In this document: in pieces, positions 38,341 through 43,294 of the stretch
Layout of the letters: each line of letters opens with the position of its first letter
Numbering within the stretch: the first letter of the stretch is position 1
Assembly: GCA_045533755.1 (NCBI GenBank)
Contig: JAZSIJ010000069.1
Span: forward strand, 1-43,294
DNA: 43,294 nt
Direction: 5' to 3'
Source of the DNA: Eubacteriales bacterium
Lineage (GTDB): Bacteria > Bacillota > Clostridia > Oscillospirales > CAG-272
Notes under the pieces: generated by a model
What the model was told of the DNA's origin: nothing
The model's database searches: none
Seen by the model: the letters and a program-made list of their open reading frames with translations, nothing else
Translations under genes and position numbers: made by a program

Positions 38341-38397
38341 AAAAGAGAGAACATTTCGGCTATTTTTAAAACCGATCTGTTCTCCCTTTTTGTTTTT
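38341..38397. terminator. Bidirectional terminator hairpin, family member T3
   Basis: AAAAGAGAGAACATTTCGG - loop - CCGATCTGTTCTCCCTTTTTGTTTTT. It lies between convergent genes. Confidence 0.8.
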
Positions 38398-38448
38398 ATA
38401 GAGCCTGATGCGCAGAATCCTTTGAAAAAATCTTTGCTTGCGTGGCGG

Positions 38449-39180
38449 TTATTCTTGACTTTCTGTGCTTTGGGGAGCGCAGGAGAGGGCGTGATACGGC
38501 GCGTCGGCGGTGAAGCCGAGCGAAGCTCCCGTGCCGATTTCCTCGGCGTTGCCGTTATACCAAGCATAGCCCTCATCCGCGCCTTCCTTTATAGCGGTGA
38601 GGCTTGTGCCGATAGGAATTATGACCTTTTCTTTGCCGTTTATGGTCGCACCGCCGTCAAGGTTGACGAGCGAGTAGGATTTTGAAAGGTCGTACGTGCC
38701 TGCGTGCTTGAAGGCGATTTGCGCGTTTTTACCCACGGTAATCATAGACTGCGTAAGCTGGACAAGCTTATCGTCGTTTTGTGAGTGAGCCTTAAGAGCG
38801 TATTCAAGGATAGAGTAGGTTTTAGCCTTGCCGCTCGGCTCGCCGTCCTTGTATGCCTGAATAGTGAGCTCGTCGCCCATGTTCTTGTATTTGAGCTTCG
38901 TATATTTGAAGCCGATACAGCCCTCGGGAGTGGAGATGTTAAGGTTGGGGGAGAGGGTTGTCACCTCGCCGGTTGCATTATTGGTCACCTTGAGCTTGAT
39001 ACCCTCGTAGCTCTCGAATGCAGAGTAATCTACGGCGAACCAAAGGTGCACCGAGCTTGCGAATTCAAGATTTGCGTATGCTATCTCGAGCTCCGCCCCT
39101 TCGTCTGCAAAGGACACCGCCCCAAGCGGCAGAGAGAGAAGTGCGGCGAGCACGAGGATCAGGGATAAGGTCTTTTTCAT
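38449..39180 (-). CDS. Secreted hypothetical protein
   Basis: Signal peptide MKKTLSLILVLAALLSLPLGAVSFA, with a likely cleavage site before DEG. The mature part looks beta-rich. Confidence 0.65.
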   Translation of the reverse strand: MKKTLSLILVLAALLSLPLGAVSFADEGAELEIAYANLEFASSVHLWFAVDYSAFESYEGIKLKVTNNATGEVTTLSPNLNISTPEGCIGFKYTKLKYKNMGDELTIQAYKDGEPSGKAKTYSILEYALKAHSQNDDKLVQLTQSMITVGKNAQIAFKHAGTYDLSKSYSLVNLDGGATINGKEKVIIPIGTSLTAIKEGADEGYAWYNGNAEEIGTGASLGFTADAPYHALSCAPQSTESQE

Positions 39181-39293
39181 TTTAGATTTCCTTCTTTTCG
39201 CTTTTTAACATTTTATATAATATATATGGTACACTTTATTTTAATGCTTTAGGTATGAGTTGTCAATACAGTTTTTATGAATAAGTGTTAAAA

Positions 39294-41705
39294 TTATTCC
39301 GTCTGCATGGTCTCGGCGGAGATTTCCTCTGCATAGCGGACGGTTTCCATCGAGTCATTTGCGTATTTATCCGCGCCGATAGCGTCTGCGTATTCCTGCG
39401 TCAGAACCGCGCCGCCAACGACAACCTTTACGCTAGGCAGCTCACGGTGAAGAAGCCTTACCGTCTCCTCCATCGCGGGAACGGTAGTGGTCATCAGCGC
39501 GCTGAGGCCTACTATCGCGGCTTTCTTCCGGCGCGCCTCGCTGACTATTCTTTCAGCAGGAACGTCGCGTCCGAGGTCGGTGACCGAAAAGCCGTAGTTT
39601 TCGAGAAGAAGCCTTACGATATTCTTACCGATGTCGTGTATGTCGCCCTTGACCGTCGCTATGACGATGGGGCATTTTTCCTCGTCCTCGCCCTTCGGAA
39701 CAGCCGCTTTGATTACCTCAAAGGCAGAGCCTGCCGCCTCTGCGCTCATAAGAAGAGCGGGGAGATACACCGTCTTTTTCTCAAAGCCCTCGCCGACCTT
39801 GTTGAGTGCGGGAATTATATCCTCCGAAACTACGTCGAGAGGGGGCGTTGATTTTATAAGCTCCGTGGTGAGCCGTGCCGCCTCGTCCGAGAGCCCCTTG
39901 ACTATTGCCCGCTCAAGCTCCGAGCGATATTCGTCGGGGGCTTTTTCACTTTTAGGAGCTGACGGGGCTTCGGTTTTAGGAAGGCTCTCGGCAAACGCGA
40001 GATAATTCCGACAGCCCTCGTCAAGACCGAAGAGCGCCGAGCAGGCGTAGTAGGTCTTCATCATTTCGGCGGAATGAGGGTTCATAATAGCCGCCGAAAG
40101 TCCGTTTGCCAAGGCAAGAGCAAAGAAGTTGGAGTTTACGGTGTCACGCTCGGGAAGCCCGAAGGACACGTTTGATATGCCGAGAGAGGTGTGACAGCCA
40201 AGCTCCTCGCGTATCATTCTGACGGCGCGGAGAGTTTCTACTGCGGCGTTTTTATCGGCGCTCACCGTGAGGGCGAGCGGGTCGAAGATAATATCCTTTT
40301 TATCGATGCCGTATCCTTCCGCGGCAGAGAGAATTTTTCTTGCGATAGCCACACGCTCCTCGGCAGTCGCGGGAATTCCGCCCTCGTCAAGCGTCAGCGC
40401 GACGACGGCACCGCCGTATTTTTTTGCTAGGGGAAGCACCTCGCGTATACTTTCCGCCTTTCCGTTTACCGAGTTTATCATAGGCTTGCCGTTGTATATT
40501 CGGAGAGCCGCCTCCATAGCCGCGATGCTCGAGGTGTCAATCTGCAGGGGAAGGTCTATTATCGCCTGAAGCTCGCGGACGGCTGAGGTTAGCATGTTGC
40601 ATTCATCTATTTCGGGAAGACCGACGTTGACGTCGAGGATATGGACACCGCGCTCCTCCTCGGCAACACCCTCCTTAAGAATGTAGTCCATATCGCCTGT
40701 ACGAAGGGCTTCCTTGAAGCGTTTTTTGCCGGTCGGGTTTATGCGCTCGCCGATAAGCACGGGAGAGTTGCCAAATACAACCGCATGGGTGTACGAGGAG
40801 ACAACCGTATGGCTTTTTTTTGACACGGGGAGGGGGGTAATGCCCGAGATTTTAGCCGAAAGCGCCGAAATATATTCGGGTGTCGTGCCGCAGCAGCCGC
40901 CTACCGCACGAACACCGAGCGCGGCGAGGGACGCCACCTCCGAGGCAAACTCGTCGGGAGAGACGTCGTACACCGTCTTGCCGTCATGCGACCTCGGAAG
41001 ACCTGCGTTGGGCTTTAAAATGACGGGAAGCGAGGAGTATTCGAGATAGTCCTTTACGACGGGAGCGAGGGCACTCGGGCCGAGCGAGCAGTTGACACCT
41101 ATAGCGTCGGCGCCCATTCCCTCAAGCATCGCCACCATAGCTAAGGGCGACGCGCCCGTCATAAGCTTGGCATCCTCGCCGTAGGCGTTGGATACGAAAA
41201 CGGGGAGATTGCAGTTTTCCTTAGCGGCAAGAAGAGCCGCCTTCGTTTCGTAGCTGTCGTTCATAGTTTCGATAAAGACGAGGTCACAGCCGTATTTTGC
41301 ACCGAGGCGCACGGTTTTTGCGAAGATTTCAACGGCCTCCTCAAAGCCGAGGTTGCCGTAGGGCGCGAGCATTCTGCCCGTTGGACCGAGGTCGAGAGCT
41401 ATCCACTTTTCCTGTGTGCCGACGCTCTCGTCGCGGGCTCTTTTTGCGCTTTCGAACGCCGCCGAAATGATTTCCTCAAGCTCACAGTCGGAATATTTCA
41501 GCGAGCTCGCTCCAAAGGTATTCGTGCTCACGACGTTGCTGCCGGCGTCAAAATAGGCGCGGTGTATCGAGGTTATTTCCTCAGGGTGTGTGACGTTCCA
41601 TTTTTCGGGAAGCTCGCCTGCAAGAAGCCCGCGCGCCTGTAAAAGTGTGCCCATTCCGCCGTCGAGTACAAGGATATTTTCTTTAAGATAGTCGGTAATT
41701 CTCAT
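39294..41705 (-). CDS. metH: Cobalamin-dependent methionine synthase core (Hcy, pterin and B12-binding modules, no activation domain)
   Basis: LDGGMGT and GGCCGTTP mark the Hcy module. A pterin-binding barrel follows. The cobalamin motif is GDIHDIGKNIV (DxHxxG). Confidence 0.95.
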   Translation of the reverse strand: MRITDYLKENILVLDGGMGTLLQARGLLAGELPEKWNVTHPEEITSIHRAYFDAGSNVVSTNTFGASSLKYSDCELEEIISAAFESAKRARDESVGTQEKWIALDLGPTGRMLAPYGNLGFEEAVEIFAKTVRLGAKYGCDLVFIETMNDSYETKAALLAAKENCNLPVFVSNAYGEDAKLMTGASPLAMVAMLEGMGADAIGVNCSLGPSALAPVVKDYLEYSSLPVILKPNAGLPRSHDGKTVYDVSPDEFASEVASLAALGVRAVGGCCGTTPEYISALSAKISGITPLPVSKKSHTVVSSYTHAVVFGNSPVLIGERINPTGKKRFKEALRTGDMDYILKEGVAEEERGVHILDVNVGLPEIDECNMLTSAVRELQAIIDLPLQIDTSSIAAMEAALRIYNGKPMINSVNGKAESIREVLPLAKKYGGAVVALTLDEGGIPATAEERVAIARKILSAAEGYGIDKKDIIFDPLALTVSADKNAAVETLRAVRMIREELGCHTSLGISNVSFGLPERDTVNSNFFALALANGLSAAIMNPHSAEMMKTYYACSALFGLDEGCRNYLAFAESLPKTEAPSAPKSEKAPDEYRSELERAIVKGLSDEAARLTTELIKSTPPLDVVSEDIIPALNKVGEGFEKKTVYLPALLMSAEAAGSAFEVIKAAVPKGEDEEKCPIVIATVKGDIHDIGKNIVRLLLENYGFSVTDLGRDVPAERIVSEARRKKAAIVGLSALMTTTVPAMEETVRLLHRELPSVKVVVGGAVLTQEYADAIGADKYANDSMETVRYAEEISAETMQTE

Positions 41706-42313
41706 TTTTCATTCCTTTTAATTCCGATTATTGCCGTAACCGATTTCGTCGGTGACATCAAAAGACTTTCGTTTAGTGTAAGTCCTATGCTTTTCTCGCA
41801 GTCGAGCGCCCCGAAAATCTTGCGCTGAAGCTCTAGCGGCAAATCTCCGTACCCCGCACTGAAGCGAGGAGTAAGTGCCGTACCGTGTAGGATTTTCTCG
41901 CGTTTTTGCTCCTCACAGAAGAGGTCGAGGAGCGCCTCTATGCGCTCTGTGGCAAGTCCTTGTAATATAAGAGCGCGCGAGGGAGAGAGCCTTGAGTGCT
42001 TTGCTATAAGTCGGTCTATACCGATGCCGAGCGTCGCCGCAAGGACTATAACGCTCTCGCACCCCGAAAGATGCTCGGCAAGTCTTGCCGACATCACCCC
42101 GGCAAAGCCGAAATCAAGCGAATTTTCGACACGGGTAAGGGGGTATTCTCCGTAACAAAGTCTGTATGAGAGTGTATCCTCCGCCTCAGCAATGCATTCG
42201 TCAAGCATAGCGAGGGCTTCGGGAGAGCTTCCTCGCACTCCTGCGTAGCGCAGAGCCTCATGCTTGTCTATAGGCGGAGCAGAATAGCTTTTTGTGTAAA
42301 CTATGGTTGTCAT
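41702..42313 (-). CDS. Free-standing methionine synthase activation (AdoMet-binding) domain protein
   Basis: 203 aa. The region PRFSAGYGDLPL resembles the MetH C-terminal reactivation domain. Overlaps both neighbours by 4 nt (42310-42313 with metF, 41702-41705 with metH). Confidence 0.8.
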   Translation of the reverse strand: MTTIVYTKSYSAPPIDKHEALRYAGVRGSSPEALAMLDECIAEAEDTLSYRLCYGEYPLTRVENSLDFGFAGVMSARLAEHLSGCESVIVLAATLGIGIDRLIAKHSRLSPSRALILQGLATERIEALLDLFCEEQKREKILHGTALTPRFSAGYGDLPLELQRKIFGALDCEKSIGLTLNESLLMSPTKSVTAIIGIKRNEK

Positions 42314-43185
42314 TTCAGTATGCTCGAGAGGTTGTCGAGTATTTTTCTTGCCACGTCGGGCTTGTTCATTGAGTAGACGTGTACGTTCCTTATTCCGTTG
42401 GCAAAGAGGTCTATTATCTGGTCGGTGGCGTAGGCTATTCCCGCCTGCTTCATAGCGTCGGGGCTTGTGCCAAACTTGTCAACGAGGCTGGCAAAGCGCC
42501 TTGGCATAAACGAGCCCGAGAGCTTGATTGCCCTCTCTATCTGATTTGCGTTTGTTATCGGCATTATGCCGGGAATTACGGGTAGGGTAATGCCCGCCTC
42601 GCGTATCTTGTAGAGGAAGTTATAGAGCAGGTTGTTGTCAAAGAACATCTGTGTCGTAAGGAAGTCGCAGCCTGCGTCAACCTTTTCCTTCAGATAGCGA
42701 ATGTCCTCGCCTTGATTTTTGCTTTCGGGGTGCACCTCGGGGTAGCACGCACCACCGATGCAGAAGTCCTCTCCCGTTGAGCGAAGCTCGCGCACGAGGT
42801 CTATCGCGTGTCTATATGCCCACCCCTCTTTGTCGCTTGCCGCAAGCTCGGGGGTGAGGTCGCCGCGAAGCGCCATTACGTTTTCAATTCCCGCCGCCTT
42901 TATCTCGGTTATTTTTGCCGCAACCGTTTCCTTTGTAGAAGACACACAGGTCAGGTGCGCGAGGGTGGGGACTGCATAGCGCTCCTTTATATTTTTAGCA
43001 ATATCAAGGGTATATCGGCTCGTGCCGCCGCCCGCACCGTAGGTAACGCTCATAAATGCAGGGCGAAGGCTTGCTATCTCCTCGGTAGCCTGCTTCACGC
43101 TGTCAAAGGCGGTGTCGGTTTTAGGCGGGAAGACCTCAAACGAAAGAGAGAGCCCGTCTTTTTTAAAGAGTTCGGTTAATTTCAT
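42310..43185 (-). CDS. metF: Methylenetetrahydrofolate reductase
   Basis: SFEVFPPKT, VTYGAGGGT and HLTC are typical MetF motifs. Confidence 0.93.
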   Translation of the reverse strand: MKLTELFKKDGLSLSFEVFPPKTDTAFDSVKQATEEIASLRPAFMSVTYGAGGGTSRYTLDIAKNIKERYAVPTLAHLTCVSSTKETVAAKITEIKAAGIENVMALRGDLTPELAASDKEGWAYRHAIDLVRELRSTGEDFCIGGACYPEVHPESKNQGEDIRYLKEKVDAGCDFLTTQMFFDNNLLYNFLYKIREAGITLPVIPGIMPITNANQIERAIKLSGSFMPRRFASLVDKFGTSPDAMKQAGIAYATDQIIDLFANGIRNVHVYSMNKPDVARKILDNLSSILK

Positions 43186-43294
43186 ATTGTCCTCCCGAAA
43201 GAAAGTAGGTTTGATACAAAAGCGTTAGAGTCACATTAAATCCGCGAAGTGCGGAATATAGTCAGCCAAAAGACCGAAGGCGAAGCCTGTGATA

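Noticed and set aside
43186-43294. A SAM (S-box) riboswitch upstream of metF
   Set aside because: Only about 110 nt of leader lie inside the window. I see small hairpins (TCCGC-ACTTC-GCGGA and AGGC-TTC-GCCT) but none of the conserved S-box core sequence. The question cannot be decided without upstream sequence.

Overview
The window looks like an origin-proximal, mostly housekeeping segment of a Firmicutes/Clostridia chromosome. The organism is probably a spore-forming gut anaerobe, judging by spoVM, a CIRCE/hrcA operon and a choloylglycine hydrolase. Confident genes are: gyrB (3' part) and gyrA; RNase J; parB and parA with four parS sites upstream; RNase Y and ymdB; mnmG; a flavodiiron protein; pyruvate kinase; hrcA-grpE-dnaK-dnaJ; and metF, a free-standing MetH activation domain, and metH. 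Between these lie AT-richer accessory islets holding small XRE regulators, membrane proteins and lipoproteins. I found no rRNA, tRNA, CRISPR array, IS element or recognisable defence system. The items most worth follow-up are listed here. (1) An 18-bp box, TGTAAA-N6-TTTACA, recurs at transcription-unit boundaries far more often than chance allows. (2) An operon encodes an internally duplicated DUF1538 membrane protein plus two P-II-like proteins, with no known substrate. (3) A 26-codon spoVM-like gene is missing from the ORF track. (4) Four parS sites sit beside an ORF-free tract of about 0.8 kb, inside a parA-to-phosphatase gap of about 1.3 kb. (5) An AT-rich membrane-protein operon is controlled by an XRE regulator and carries clear operator palindromes. 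(6) Dispersed bidirectional terminator hairpins are near-identical and show compensatory changes. All functional assignments come from reading the translations and motifs by eye. No database search was run.
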